Shown here in pieces: positions 13,646 through 27,267 of a stretch of DNA of 64,000 nt; the stretch's first letter is position 1; each line of letters opens with the position of its first letter. Source of the stretch: Sphagnum compactum. Taxonomy: Eukaryota. The translations under genes and the position numbers were made by a program. The stretch spans positions 9,300,001-9,364,000 of the forward strand of contig OZ234494.1 in the NCBI GenBank assembly GCA_965153455.1. The letters are read 5' to 3'. The notes beneath the pieces are model-generated. The model searched no databases. It saw only the letters and a list, made by a program, of their open reading frames with translations, and was not told the DNA's origin.

Positions 13646-14699
13646 CTTGAGCCAAGCAGTAACCATACTAATGGCCTTCAAAGAAAATGATGAATAATTA
13701 TTGCAAAGGTCACCCTGAAATTATGCAAAGGTTTGCTTCCACAATTTTTTATAATGATTTGCTATTTTTTCAGTTTCACCACATGAGGAGAATCAAAATC
13801 TAGGTATCATACCCATTAGCAACAATTTTTCATCTTTGAATATTTACAAAATAGAAAAAATAATGAATGTAGTGTGAAATAAAGAAATGAATAAATGTTT
13901 GTTAAAGGTAAAACTCAATCTTTAATATGTTCTAGAAGTTGGATGAACTCAAAGAAATTGTTTTGTTTTGTTTATAGCCTTTTTTACTCATAAATGTAAG
14001 TTGATATAGATGCATTTTAGAACTCTCCTTAGCAGCTAGTTGACTTAGGGTCTCAATGTTAGAAAGGGGCATAAGAACCTTTGTGTTCATGTAATATTTA
14101 AGGTGGTGGTTTTCTGGGTTCAAATTTAAGGTTTTGGATTTGGGTTTTAGATTGAAACATTGGGAGCTTAGAGTTTTTTAGCACAAAAAGTGAGGACTTA
14201 ATATAGCCCTTTGTTGTAGGATATTGTGAATCTTTTACTCCCTAATCCTCCAATGTGAAACATCAACAATTAAGTAGACAATTAAGTGTAGTCAACATTA
14301 ATTGTGGGCATTCGAGTTTTTCATTAGCACAATTTGAATTTATTATATTTATGCATTTCTCTTCCATATTACCAAGATAAGTTGTGGAGATGTGGTTTTG
14401 CTTTGGGTTTGAAACAAGGTATTGATAAACATGTAGACCTTACTTTGTTTATTTTGGTCAAAAGCTCAAATGACAATTTAATAAATACTTTGAATGATAC
14501 ATGTCATAATCATATGTTAATATGACATTTGTCATATATAGAATCTACTGGAATTTAATAATTTTCTGTTCAAATTTAATTATTTTTTTGTCTTTGGTGT
14601 GAGGTTTGTTTTATGGATAGAAATGTTAGCAATATTGTCATTTTACAAGGGGTTTCAAGTTGACATTTAAATTTTTTTATTAAAAATTTATTTACTTTT

Positions 14700-14945
14700 G
14701 GTTTGAGTTTAAAGTTTGAGGTTAGGCTTTAGGTTTAAGACTATAGTGTTGGGTTTAGCATTGATGTTTTATGTACAATTTGATGTTTAAGTGTAAGGTT
14801 ATGGTAGGGTTAAGGAAAAGGTAAAGAATTAAAGTTTGGGTTAATTTGAAAAGTTAGTTTTAAAATTAGGGTAAGGTTGGGCTTAGATATAGGGTTAAGG
14901 TTTATGGTTAGGTCGAGGATTTCAACTTTAAAGGTTAAGGTCAAA
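14700..14945. repeat. Degenerate telomere-like (TTTAGGG-variant) array
   Basis: Dense G/T-rich units such as TTAGGG, TAGGGTT, AAGGTT and TTAGGTT on the plus strand. Confidence 0.5.
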
Positions 14946-15789
14946 GGTTTCAAGTTACTAGAAATAAACGAGGTTTATTGTGAAGGTTTAATAATATCAT
15001 TGCAAATATTTGTGAATAAAAATGGATGGGGATTTTAGTGGTGATTAAAGATTATGTATTGGAAACAACTTTTGAAATTCAAATGAGGTAGAAAAAAGAT
15101 ATATTTTTGAAAATATGTTATGTATAAAGGAAATTGGAATATATTTTTATTTATTTTTTTCATTTTAAAAAATTGGAAGATTTTTTTGGTAAGGTTAGAA
15201 TTTACTTTTATTTATTAAAAAAAGTGGGCATAAAGCATAAAAATTATTATGGAAGGTTCGTTATTTAGATTTTTTATTTGTTACCCATGTATGTAGGTCT
15301 TCACTATTATTAAATGTGAGAATTATTTAAATTTTTATTTAATAGTTATTTCTAGTGAAAACGAAATATATATTTGAAGATTTTCTTTTAAATCTTTTTA
15401 AAAATTTAATAAGTTTCATAACACATTTTTAACAGTTGTGTCAAATGATGTGTGAAATAAATTATAAATTATTTAAACATGTAGGTTTTTAATGAATTTT
15501 TTGTTTTTTTTGTTGACGATTAAATTTTGATGATATCAAATTTTATTTATGTTATTGTACATTCATTATTTACATTTAAACTTCTTTAGTCTAATGGGTA
15601 GGGAACATTTTTTTGGCATGAAATTGTAAATTTTTAATCATCATCTTTTGACATGTTTTTATAATAATTTGAAATGATGTGTTCCTAATTTGTAGTTAAA
15701 ACCTTCTTTTTCTATTGTTTTTTTTTTTTTCCATTGTTGGCTCAAAAATGAAAGAGGGTGATGTTCCTAGTGTGTTGTTGCTTGTTTTG

Positions 15790-17400
15790 CATTTACACTC
15801 CATAATTTGCTAAAGTTAATTACTACCATCAATGTGACCAATTTTGCAATACCTTCATCTACTTGAATCAATATGTATGGCATGATATATTGAACATGGA
15901 ATAAGTATTCAAAAATTATTCTTATGTTTCATGATTAATGAAATAATTAGAATACAATGTATGTATCGCAATTACACTTCATAACTTTGTTGGAGTTAAC
16001 TTCTACCGTCAATACCCTCATTGGTCCACTAAAAAATGGTTATCATTTATGAATTTGGAAATGTTTTTCAACTATATTTAATATCTAATTAAAAATTTTA
16101 ATAGGTTAAAATAATTATTAAAATATTATATGTATAGAATGCAAATTTTTTATAATTCCACACATTATATATATGTATATATTACAAATACAAATGGGAA
16201 TACAAATGGGAATACACATTAAATTCTTAGTGCATTATTGATTATATATGGCATTATTTGATATGTTACAAAATAAATTTCAATTTACATGGAAATAATA
16301 TTTAATTACATCCATTAATCAAATATACAATAATAATAACTTTTCTTGTGGAAAAACTTAATTCTCTTTAATAATAAAAATATTTTAAAAAATTCACTAT
16401 ACATAACAATGGGTTTACATTTAATATAAAATTTAATCAACTATTATTTTATTTTAAATAAATATGAATATATTACATGGATTAAAATGAATCAATGCTA
16501 TAAATTTTTAATACTATTAATTACACGTAACTTATTATTCAATATGTTATAAACAAAAATATATTTAAAGATGAATATTTAAGCCAATATTATACATTAT
16601 AAAAAATAAATTTTACATAAGAACAAATAGTATATATTTATAAATTATAAAATATTAATGATCTACTATGTAATTATTTTACGTAAGATATTATTTATTA
16701 TATGTTAGATAACTATAAACTAAAATTTCAATCAGTCATGGGATTAATATATGGGAGACATATCATTTTTTTGTTAATATGTGAACCATTAAACAATGTA
16801 AAAAATCAGTGTTTTTTTTAATAGCCATTAAGATATTATCAAATAAAAAATTGCAATTTTTTTTTTCAATTAAGTTTATAATTTTAAGAAGGAAACAACA
16901 TAAATATGTACATCATTGAAAATTTGTTCAGAATGGACTTTTAATTTTTTGATTTCGACAAAATTTGAATTCTAACATTAAGTAATAAATTTCACATTAA
17001 ACCCTAAACCCTAAACCCCTTTACCATCGATGTGACCAATTTTGCATTACTTTCACTATATATATATATATATATATTAAATCATATTGTAAAGTGAACA
17101 AATAATTTTGAAAACATGAATTTCATGATATATTGGGGGGATCAAATATATATAATTTTTTTTATGTTTCATGGTTAATGAAGTTATTTCAATAAAATGC
17201 GGGTATTGCATTTAGACTTCATAACTTTGTTCAAGTTATACCTTCTACCATCAATGTGACCAACATTACAATACCCACATTTACTTAATTCAATATGTAT
17301 GGCATGAAATATTGAGCATGGAATAAATGTTTTTAAAATATTATTTTGTTCATTTTAAAATATTATTGCAATATGATGTGGGTATTACTTTCCTTCCAGG
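15790..17400. repeat. Diverged AT-rich repeat units (probable TE internal repeats)
   Basis: TACCATC(A/G)ATGTGACCAA near 15824, 17022 and 17246; CAATATGTATGGCATGA near 15869 and 17291; ACTTCATAACTTTGTT near 15976 and 17216. Confidence 0.55.
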
Positions 17401-18041
17401 TTTTGGTAAGGTTACGCAATACCCCTCCACGTTTCAAAAAATATGTTATGGAGCCCAAAGGATTTTTGGAATATCCTAATTGAGGTATTACATGTACATT
17501 GAGTAGTTTTAGGCATGAACAATACCTCCCCAATAGCCAAGACCAAAATAAATTAGTCCATGGTGTTTACAAAATACTCCAATAAAGATATTATTTTCAA
17601 TGGACCTAAGCCAAGATTTGGTTCAATTTGTGCTCGTACCCAGGCTATTCTCGGCACGAAGAATAGTTTGGGCTTGTGATGGAAGGAGGAACATACCTTG
17701 AGATTGGTTTGTTTTTTCTTTGAACTAAATTACTATTTGCGTTGATAATAGTTTGACTTAATACAAAAGTCTTGGTCTAAGGATGAGGACTTACTTTAGC
17801 TTTTGTTTACTTGCGCAAAATAATTTCCCCAAACCTTTTATAACCACAAGGATCATGGAGACACCTGAAGTATTGAAAAAATTGGAATTACATTGCAATT
17901 ACATTGCAATTGTGATCTATCTGCGTTTTCAAAATTTTAACATTATGAATTTGTTTACAGACTTTTCAGGGGGTGAGATATGCATATATTATATCCTTGA
18001 TATGATTATAAAGGCGGTCCAAAGCTAAACAAAATTCAATA

Positions 18042-18877
18042 GGGTGCGGGCTAAAAGGGAAGCCCGGGAGTCACATCTCATGCTCCCGAGAGTGTAGGAG
18101 AGTGTGAAGGAATGACCCCTCACACTCCCAAGGGAGCTCCCAATCTTCAGATAGCAATTGTAGGGGTCAAAATTCAATGGATTGACGAGTTCCTTATATC
18201 ATTGGAAATTTTTTGGAATTTAAATGTCTAAAATGGGCTCGCATGACCCATTTGGACACTTCAACCACAAGTTATGGCCAAAAGAAAGGCCAGGAATCAA
18301 ATTGGCAATTTGACTCTTGACCACTAAAAGTTGAGAATCGCCTCGATTTCCTTGCATGCAGGTGGCGTGCAACATATCATTGAAAAATTCTCGACGAGGG
18401 CTACAACTTTGCTTTAGAATTCATCTCAATCGGAGGTTTGCACAAAAAGTTATGGGCCCCAAGAGTCGCGGGAGTCTTAGTTGTGGGAATTTCGAGACTC
18501 CCACTTGGGAGTCTTGGGACAAAATGCCATTTAGGTGTTGGTCTCGTGGCCAGGCACAGAGTATAATATACGGGGGAAGGTGGTGGCTTCCCCCAAGTCC
18601 GGGCCGTGGTGAGTTTTGTGAGTCCAAATTTGCTTGTGGCTCGTTCTAGCACCAAAAGTGTTCTAACTATGCACAATCAACTTGTTGTTTGGTTTGTGCA
18701 GGTCTATGTGAGTGATTGATTACTTGTCATTCTTCCTAATTTCATCTCGAAATTCTAGCACACCCCTCTACCCCCAAAGTGCTACAAGCTAGGGAACGTG
18801 CCTCAACTCTTCACTTTTCCGCTATTTTTCACCTTAGATTCACATTTGAGTCTATCAAAGAACTTGAGAGCGCATCA
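18042..18877 (+). mobile_element. 5'-truncated solo LTR-like high-copy repeat
   Basis: A GC-richer island in AT-rich DNA, with a TATA-like TATAATATA near 18562 and a ...GCGCATCA 3' terminus. The sequence (GGGAAGCCCGGGAGTCACATCTCATGCTCCC...) resembles an abundant LTR-type repeat I recall from Sphagnum genomes; not verified by search. Confidence 0.6.
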
Positions 18878-20257
18878 ATTCTCAAGATAAAAGCACAAAT
18901 GGTTATATTGTTGTGTCGAATGATTTCCATGCCTGTAATCCATCCTATTCTAAATATTAATGTCTTCAATATGGAACAAGCATTCAAAATAGGGTATTAG
19001 GAGGGGGACAAGGTGTTTTATGTTACGCCTTTAAATTGGAAGGGTCAATAGTAATTTATGGATTAGCGCATGTCTTTTTGAAATTGACATTAAATGTCAT
19101 AAAATGAGAAATTTGAAAACTTTGTGTTATTGATCTTGACCTTAGGTTTTTGTCCAAACATATGTTTTTTATTTGGGATGGGAATCACATATTGCAGGCT
19201 TAGTTGCCATATATCAATTGAACCTTCTTGGCACATCTATGTGGATTTTACAGTCATAGATATTTGTCACGAATTTATTGAATTATTCATTGCCATGACA
19301 AACCTGAATAAGTAAGTTTATGATTTTTTTCAGTTTTCTTTCATCAAGTAAGCCTCAAATATTCGTTTTTGGATTGCATTTTTTTATCTCTGCAAGTCTA
19401 TTAAACTCGACCATGTGAAGCTTAACCTTTTCCACGAGTTTTTTTGCATCTAATATATCATGTTGGAATAGTTCAAGGATGTATTCCCAACATAAGTTTA
19501 TAAAAAATGTTAAATCAAGTCATGCAAAACTTTGCATTCCCTCATTTTAAAAACATTTTTTGAATACATGTATAAGGTCTGAAAATTTTTACATTCCTTT
19601 GAATTCTTATTTTGTCCAACTTCTATTCTTTACTTCTTGAAATTTACTTTCCAATGCTTTTACAACGTGAGATTTCCACATTTGGGGATGTCATAATGAA
19701 ACTTTATTATTAAGAATTCCCCAACACTAAAGATCATTCACTAGTAAAGTTCCAAAAATGAATGGAGAGAACCATGGACCAAGTTAAAAAAGGTCATCAC
19801 TTAGCCTTTTACACTTACTAGTATGTGATCCATCCTTAGGTCTAAAGTTATTGAAGAAAATGTACATGTTCATTATGACATGAATTCAAAGCTTGAAATG
19901 TATAAAAGGCTCCAGATGCTCGTTTGTTCCTATGTTTGGCCAAATAGTTTAGCTTCAATTTTAAAGCCAGGCTCGAGCTTGGCTCTTATCGTTGGTGCGA
20001 CTAAGCTATTCTTGGCACCGATAATAACTTGACTACATAAATGAAAAAAAGAGTTGAACGTTGAGATAGTTTGATGGCAACAAAAAGGAAGAGCTAAGCT
20101 TGAGCTAAGCTCCATTTTTGGAGCCAAGCCCAAGCTTGATTTCTCTTTGAGTTTCTATTTTAAGCTTTAAAGGTAGCTTCGCATCCCTCAAAAATCCAAA
20201 CTTAAGCTTGGATTCGAGTTCAAATCTTGCTGAATTCAAATCCATGCTTGATCTTGC

Positions 20258-20897
20258 ATTAGAGCTAGTGGATGAAGAATCCACATTAATTAGGTAGAAA
20301 GACTTGGCTCACTACATAGCCTCGTATTATTCAAGTTTGTACATGACAAAGCCCCAATCAGATCAAAATTCAATGGTTCAAAATGCATGTTGGGATTCAA
20401 TATCTTCCAAGGTCACAAATTTAATGAATAAGGACTTCACCAAGGCCCTCTCCCTTGACGAAGTAATGTTAGCCATATTAGCCATGCCCAAGGGCAAAAT
20501 GTCAGTCAAAGATGGAATTCCAATAAAAATTGTCCAAAAGAACTTAAAGCAAATGGTGCCCACTCTTTTGAAAACATATAATGCAATGTTGGACTTAAGG
20601 AGCATCTTGGAATTTATGAACAAGGGTTTGATCGTGCTAATACCTAAAATATCAATCCAGATTGGGTAACTAGTGTCCAATCACCTTGCTAGGTAATATT
20701 TACAAAATTTTAGCAAAAATTCTTTCTAAAAGACCATAATCCTTCTTCCTTTCAATTATCAGACCCAATCAAATTGGGTTTATAATGGGTGGAAGCATCT
20801 TTGATAACATTTTTTTGGTTCAAGAAACCTTAAAGTGGGCTATTGAGAGTAACTAAAAGTTAGTTCTTTTGTCAATATACTTTGAAAATGCCTTTAT
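20258..20897 (+). mobile_element. Decayed non-LTR retrotransposon (LINE/L1-type) reverse transcriptase fragment
   Basis: Translation across stops and frameshifts gives YIASYYSSLY, EVMLAILAMPKGKMSVKDGIP, NKGLIVLIPK, PITLLGNIYKILAKILSKR, IIRPNQIGF, SIFDNIFLVQE and LLSIYFENAF. These match L1 RT N-terminal motifs (K-PGPDG, LIPK, RPISL, QxGF, DFEKAF). Confidence 0.85.
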
Positions 20898-23800
20898 TTC
20901 ACAATTGATTTTTATTTTTGATGTAACATACCAATAAACGGAGGAGACCCATCGTGAAGCAAAGCTTCACTTTAAATGTTAGGCACTAATTAGCCTAACC
21001 CAGTTTTGGTTAATCTTAGGAAGGCCAACTAATGAAGTTTTGGGGGTTTAATCTGAGGTTCATGGGGTAGGATAATAGGATGATTTTATCCAAGATGGAT
21101 TGCTAAGGGATGGGTGACCTAGACATGATAAGGTGGGGAGGGGTAAGATTATTGGACTAAGTTATCCCGACTTGGGCTAAATAGGCCTACTGGATAAGGG
21201 GATATGGGTATGGTGGCCAAGGCTTCTAGGAAGGTGCTAGATATTAATGTTAGGTCAGGAATATTCACTTTTTCTTTTTCCTACAGGTTGTTGACCATCT
21301 TCACTCTTTTGAGTGATGAGTGGTGTGTGAGAAAGTGCTAGAGGAATGAGGAGTGATGATGACTAATGTGATAGCTGGTGGGATTAAATATATCATGAAG
21401 AAGCGAACTCATAGGAAAATGTTGTTGCATCATTAGGAGGTGGGCTGTTCAAATGCACCCAAACTAGTAGGTGGAACTAGAGGAAGAGATATCACTGGTG
21501 GGTGATGGCGATTGTTCAAATGCGGTTTTGGTGGGTGCTCCATCCAAGGCAAAAGTGGTAGAAATACAAGGACCTTATACTTGGCTTGGTAGACAAGGAG
21601 GATGAGTAGGTGGAGGAGGGGGTTGACATGAAGAAAAAATATTGTCCCCCTAGATTAAGAGTAGAGAATATAGGAAATAATCTTAATCTCAAGGAATTGA
21701 GATAGTTAATGTGGTTAGCAAGGGTGGGAATGGAAGTAGGATAAAGATGAAAAGATGTTGGTAAACATGATAATGTTATATCAGGTAGGTTAGGAGCTTG
21801 GTGGAGAAAAGATCCACAACTAGGGACTAAATAAACCCATGTAAATTTTTTTTATTTTTTATGCATGAAACTTCGTTTTGAAGAATGTTGTTTCTAGTAG
21901 CTGCAAGTCGTGTGTGTGAACTTGGTTATGAATTCTTGGTTTTAAGGTTGTGGTTAGTTATAGCAAGAGCAAAAGAATAGTGTGTGAGTAGGAAAGGTAG
22001 TTATTGTCTGGCTTAAACAAGGCAAGAAAAGGATAATTATATCTAGAAAGAGAAAAATAGTGCAATTCCTAACTAACTTGAATTCATTGGGTTAAGGTTA
22101 GGGTTAGTATAGCAAGAATAAGAAAATAGTGTCGTGAACAGTAAGGGTGTTGCCATCTAGATTGAACAAAGCAAGAGAAGGGCAATTGTATCCATAGAGA
22201 GCGAGAAAGGGGGTTTATTTTCTAACTGTGACACCCCTTGGATGTCCTCCAAGGGGCGAGGGAAAAGTGGCCCAGATTAAAGTTGTTAGGCCGAGTTAAC
22301 TTTGCACTTAACACTAATGCCCTACCTTTATTTTTAAATGCAAATGTTCTAGGTCATATGTTCAATGATCCAATGGCTAGAGTGCAAAGGCTAACCCTTC
22401 CCAAAGGAGGAACCTTAAGGGACTAAGACCTTTGAAGGCAACATTGCCCTTTACTCAAAGGGAATTAAAAAAAACTATACAAAGTTAAGAATGTGCTCAA
22501 CACATTCTACTTTACATCCAGAGCAATAATCAATTGGCATAAGTCCTATGCCATATGGGTAGCAAGGAAAGAGAAAGATTAAGATTGGGACCAAAAGTTT
22601 AATTTAAATTGGGTTGAAGGTAAAAGTGTGAAATGTATGAAAGTCCAAGTTGGTTTTTGCTAGTAAATTTTAATATTTTAACTTGTTCAATTGTAGTTTT
22701 TGTTCTTATACATGTTCAATTTTAGTATACAAAATCTGTATTAGAAATCCATACATAATCCAAAATGTTTCAACAACCATATTTCTCACAGCCCAAGTAT
22801 TTGCACATTTATGAATTTGTCATAGTTCTACTATAGTTTTACTTCTCATACTTATATAAAAAGAAAGAAACAAAAAATCATGGAAAAATACAAAAAGAAC
22901 CAAAAGATAAAAGATCATAGTTTAGCAACTCTATATACATCATCAAATTATTCTATCTCCAAAACTAATGTTTTGCTCTTTATCTATTTTGTGCTCCCAA
23001 TATCAAAAACTAAAAACTAGTTAAAAAAGAACTCCCATAAGACTATCTAGAGCCTCCTTCATCCTCAATTCTCTCGCTTTAAACTAATTTTAATTTTACC
23101 TCAACAATTTTAATTGCACCTACTTTGTTTATATTAAACCCTACTCTATCCAGCTTGTCCAAAATAGACATCACAACACCTTCTCTTCATCCTCATACAT
23201 CCCTATCTACCTAATTACTACAACATAGTCTTACCCTTAACGTTACCACCCTTGTACTATGGATTCCACCATCCCCGAAATCCCACTATGGATAACTATA
23301 CTAAAAGAACCTTAAATCTGTAGAATAGATTACCTCATATTTTTGTCTTCTTCTACAGTTGCATGCTCAGCAGCTGTAACCCTTAGTTCTACATATTGTT
23401 GTTCTTCCATTACATCAATGTCCTTAGTCTTTAGTGTTTATTATAGGTGCACCTATTACTATGCTTCTATAATTGTCTGTGTATGGCCATTATCCCCCTC
23501 ATCCTGTGAGGTTGGTGCTATTGCAGTTGCTATAACAAATTGGGTTGATGGAGATACATCAATTGCTGAAGCATACCTTATTGACTATGTTTAGGTAGAT
23601 ACCTATTATGCTTCTTGTTCTACTAAAACTTTAGCTGGAACCTACTATTTAGATTGTGTTAATGTTTGTTCATCCACAACTTCCACAATAGTATTTCCTC
23701 CCCTTAAGTTTTACATGTGGGTTTGATTAAACTTCCTAAGCCTCTCCACTTGGACCTGCTTCATACTGATTAAATTTTGAAGTATTGAAACTATCCTTAG

Positions 23801-25118
23801 GAATTATAGAAGGTGAATCATATTTGAACATTGGATATGCTTCCATGTATGCTTTAAGCCTCTTTCTGTAGTTGGTTTCATCTACCTCGTGTTCATCAAA
23901 CAAGGTTTGTAAACATGTTTAAAGTATATGTTGAGCTAAATTCCACCAGGTGTCAACATTAGATGCCTGCAACTACAAGTACTTTTGCTTAGTCCTTAAA
24001 ATTGTCTTTTGCATTAGCAAATTATCATATTCCCTCAATATGTGCTTAGACAAATATGATTCCATAGTCGTGATTGAGTTCACAATTTTGTTTATCTTCA
24101 TTACATCCTATTGTAGCTTCTAGATTGATCTGTTACAAACAGCATGGATTTTGTCCTTGTCTCACACAACTTCATCCCTTTGATGCACAATACTCTGAAT
24201 CTCCCCCTTGACTTTTAGAATTTTTGTGTCTTATACCCACACCTATCGTTGGAGACCCTCCTTGTCTTGTTGCAAAGCTGCAAATCTAATCTCTACATCA
24301 TTTACTTATTTTTCTAAGGCTCAATATTTAGCATCCTTTCGTTCTTGATTTGCTTTTAACAAATCTCTTTCCCCATTGATTATTTCATATGACTACATTT
24401 ATTGCTCTAGAATTGCCTTCTTCTATTTCACCATAATAAACTCCGTCTACAACTAGTTTAACTTTTTCTCCTTAGCCTAAAGTATCTTCTTGATTTGAAC
24501 CTCAGTTGCATGGATATGATTATGTAAACCTAGTACTTCTTATTGTGCAATTGCAACTTTACTCTCTAATTCCTACTTTTTAGCTTCATTCGTTTTAGGT
24601 AGCAATTTGAATCCTAACAATTCAATCCAGGTCTTTTCCATCTGCTTACTACAATTTGCCACATACTGGAGTAGCCCAACAATCTATAAATCATCCTCTT
24701 TTTTTTTACTCAAAGATCTTCCTATATGTGGGGTCTAAAACATTGGAGTTGTTCCCCTAGATGTTTCTACAAATGGCCATGCATTCCTGTATGTGCCAAA
24801 TCTATCCCCTAACTCATATTATCTTGTTGAAAATGATGGTCTACCTTATCGAGTTGTAGTTATCTATGTGGTTTGTACCTGAAACTTTTGTTGGGGAGAT
24901 GGCGAACGTGATGGATACCACCCATCTGGGTTTTTGTTTAGAAGTATAGATCTATCCCTCTAGTGCTTCTATGGTTGGTCTAGATTTTTAGGTAATGGAA
25001 CTTGTTGTGTAACTTGATCTTCAAACTATGGTTCCCTTTTGGCAACATGCTCTAAAGGTGGAACTATCACAGATGCCAATGCCATGGAATTCGTTCATTT
25101 TAGTGTTCATCCATGATT

Positions 25119-25886
25119 TGTAATAAACTTATACCAAACCTTTAGTTTAATTCCAGTTCATTATTAATTAGTTTCCATTTAAGTTTTAGTTCATTTCTAG
25201 TTAACTTTTAGTTCACTTCTAGTTAACTCTTAATTCATTTCTAGTTAATTCTTAATTAATTATCAGTTCACTTTTAGTTGAGTTTTAGTTCACTCATAGT
25301 TCACACATGAATGAACATGGGCCACATGTGGGTTGGAAATTTATTGAAAAACTTCTTTGAGTTAGGTGCCCAATAGGTATAAATAAAGGTAGAATTCCCC
25401 ATTACCTTTAAGTTTTCTTTCCATAAAAAAACCAGAAGCTTTGAGCAAAGGCTCTCTTTGGGAATATTGAAAAAAGAATTTGTTAAAAAAGGTTTTAAGA
25501 ACTCCTACCACAAACCATTAATTCAAATAGCAACCCAGGAAAAGGCAACAATGCTGTTATTCAAGAAATCTTTAAGTCTAAATGTGAAGTCCTTATTTTA
25601 ACAAGAAATGAATTTGAGGAATTGCCAGACTACAAAGGAAGGTATGAGAAAGCCGAGTCGTGAGTGCACTGCAACTTTGTTCAACATCAATTTTTTGATA
25701 TGATTTCTTATTGTATATTTGTTTTGTTTCTTTGTTGTAATAAAATCTTGTTGGATTCTTGTTTACATGTGTCGTGTTATTGTTCTTGTTTTTCTTGTTT
25801 CATGATTTAGATTTGGAACTAGGCATGTTCTTGTTTTGTTTTGGTTAGAAAATCATGTAGTCTTGGTTATTTTCGTGCCCGTGACA
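25119..25886 (+). mobile_element. Probable solo LTR (768 bp) inserted in the decayed ORF
   Basis: Starts TGTAA and ends CGTGACA (TG...CA termini); internal TATAAATA near 25378, AATAAA near 25739 and TAGTT subrepeats. The flanks TGATT and TGAAC match only 3/5, so the TSD is degenerate. Confidence 0.55.
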
Positions 25887-26497
25887 TGAACCTTTGCATC
25901 TACTATAGGTCTTTGTGCCTCCTCCTAAAGTTGTTGTGGTCTTGGTATGGTGTGACATGCCGGGACTTCTGGTATGGGAAGTGTTCCTCGCATCTACTTC
26001 CTTCTTTTAATCATTAAAAGTATCTCTTCTTCTTCCTCTTCCTCCAAATCTTCTATAGTTATTTGTTTTTTGGCTCGCATCAAAATGGGCAGTTTGTTGG
26101 ATGATGCAAGAGGTAATTTAGTTTGCTACATTCTTTCCTTCAACTTTGAGATATTTACCCCTAATGTAGAAGCCTCCTACACTCTGGTGGGTATAACTTT
26201 CAGTGGAATATGTTGATTTGTGTTGAGGAAGAAGTGTTGCATCAAAATCTCAATGATTAATCTTAAATGACAAATATCTTTCTTAGGATTAACCTTCATT
26301 GGTCCTATCATCATCTTAGTTTGGGAGGTTGTCCATCTCATCAATTCTTTCTATAATTGTTTAAACAAAATGTTTACCCAATTTACTTCCTTTCCTTTCA
26401 TATGTATCATAATTGATATGGCATTTCTATTATTGAAATAATAGACTTTGTCCCTTTAATAAATCACTTGGATGAGTGCAAGGAGACGAATGTCATA

Positions 26498-27267
26498 TGG
26501 TCCATTCATGATCGGGGTACCAAAAAGGAATGTTTAACTGAAAAAGGACTGCAGAGGACAACTTTGGATTTTTGTTTATCTTACATTATTATAATTGTAG
26601 TGGATTGTTGTATGCCAATAGATAAAATGATGTCTTTTTAAATTAATAAAAATATTTTAAAATAATTTGGATACTATGTTAATGTCTTTTTGAGTCCTGT
26701 AAACTAAAGGAATCAAGTGTCTAAAGTACATTTTTTAAAAAAGTAATCAAAAGGAAGGCATAAAATCATATAATTGATTTCAAATTTTTTGTACAACAAA
26801 AACATGCCCCCTTCTACGAAAGTACATGTTCATTGGATGAACTTGATGAAAAACCAAATCATTCAAAATTTTCAAAGCTTTGAAATTTTGAATGAAAGGG
26901 CTATAAGGCAAAGGACTCATTTTAAAAACCATTTGATAAATTATGTTCAATGGGTTCAAAATGTTTAGCTTTAGATGCAAATTACATGTGAAGGAAATAA
27001 ACATGCCAAAAAACATGTTTGGTTGTCCATTGAAACCCATTTTGGGATTTTTTGGGATTTTTTGCATTTATGGCATTAAACTAAAATATTCATACACAAT
27101 TATGTATGATTGTGAAAAATCACCATTAACACATGAATTATCTTATATTGGACTATTCAAATTTTCTCACTTAAGTTTGTCTCATGTAAATGTTATTCGT
27201 AAAAAGTAGCTCTAAAAAATCCTTGAGTCCTTTTTTCCTTTTTTGGTACCCAACTGTGAATGGACCC
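26498..27267. mobile_element. Non-autonomous TIR DNA transposon (770 bp)
   Basis: Left end TGGTCCATTCATGATCGGGGTACCAAAAAGG versus reverse complement of the right end GGGTCCATTCACAGTTGGGTACCAAAAAAGG. A direct repeat CATA flanks both sides (26494-26497, 27268-27271). Removing the element restores the host reading frame. Confidence 0.75.

Noticed and set aside
18356..18676. Overlapping ORFs on both strands
   Set aside because: They lie inside the GC-richer LTR-like repeat and show no protein motifs.
20922..22234. Candidate solo LTR bounded by TGTAACA...TGTGACA
   Set aside because: The flanks TTTGA and CCCCT do not form a TSD, so the boundaries are unsupported.
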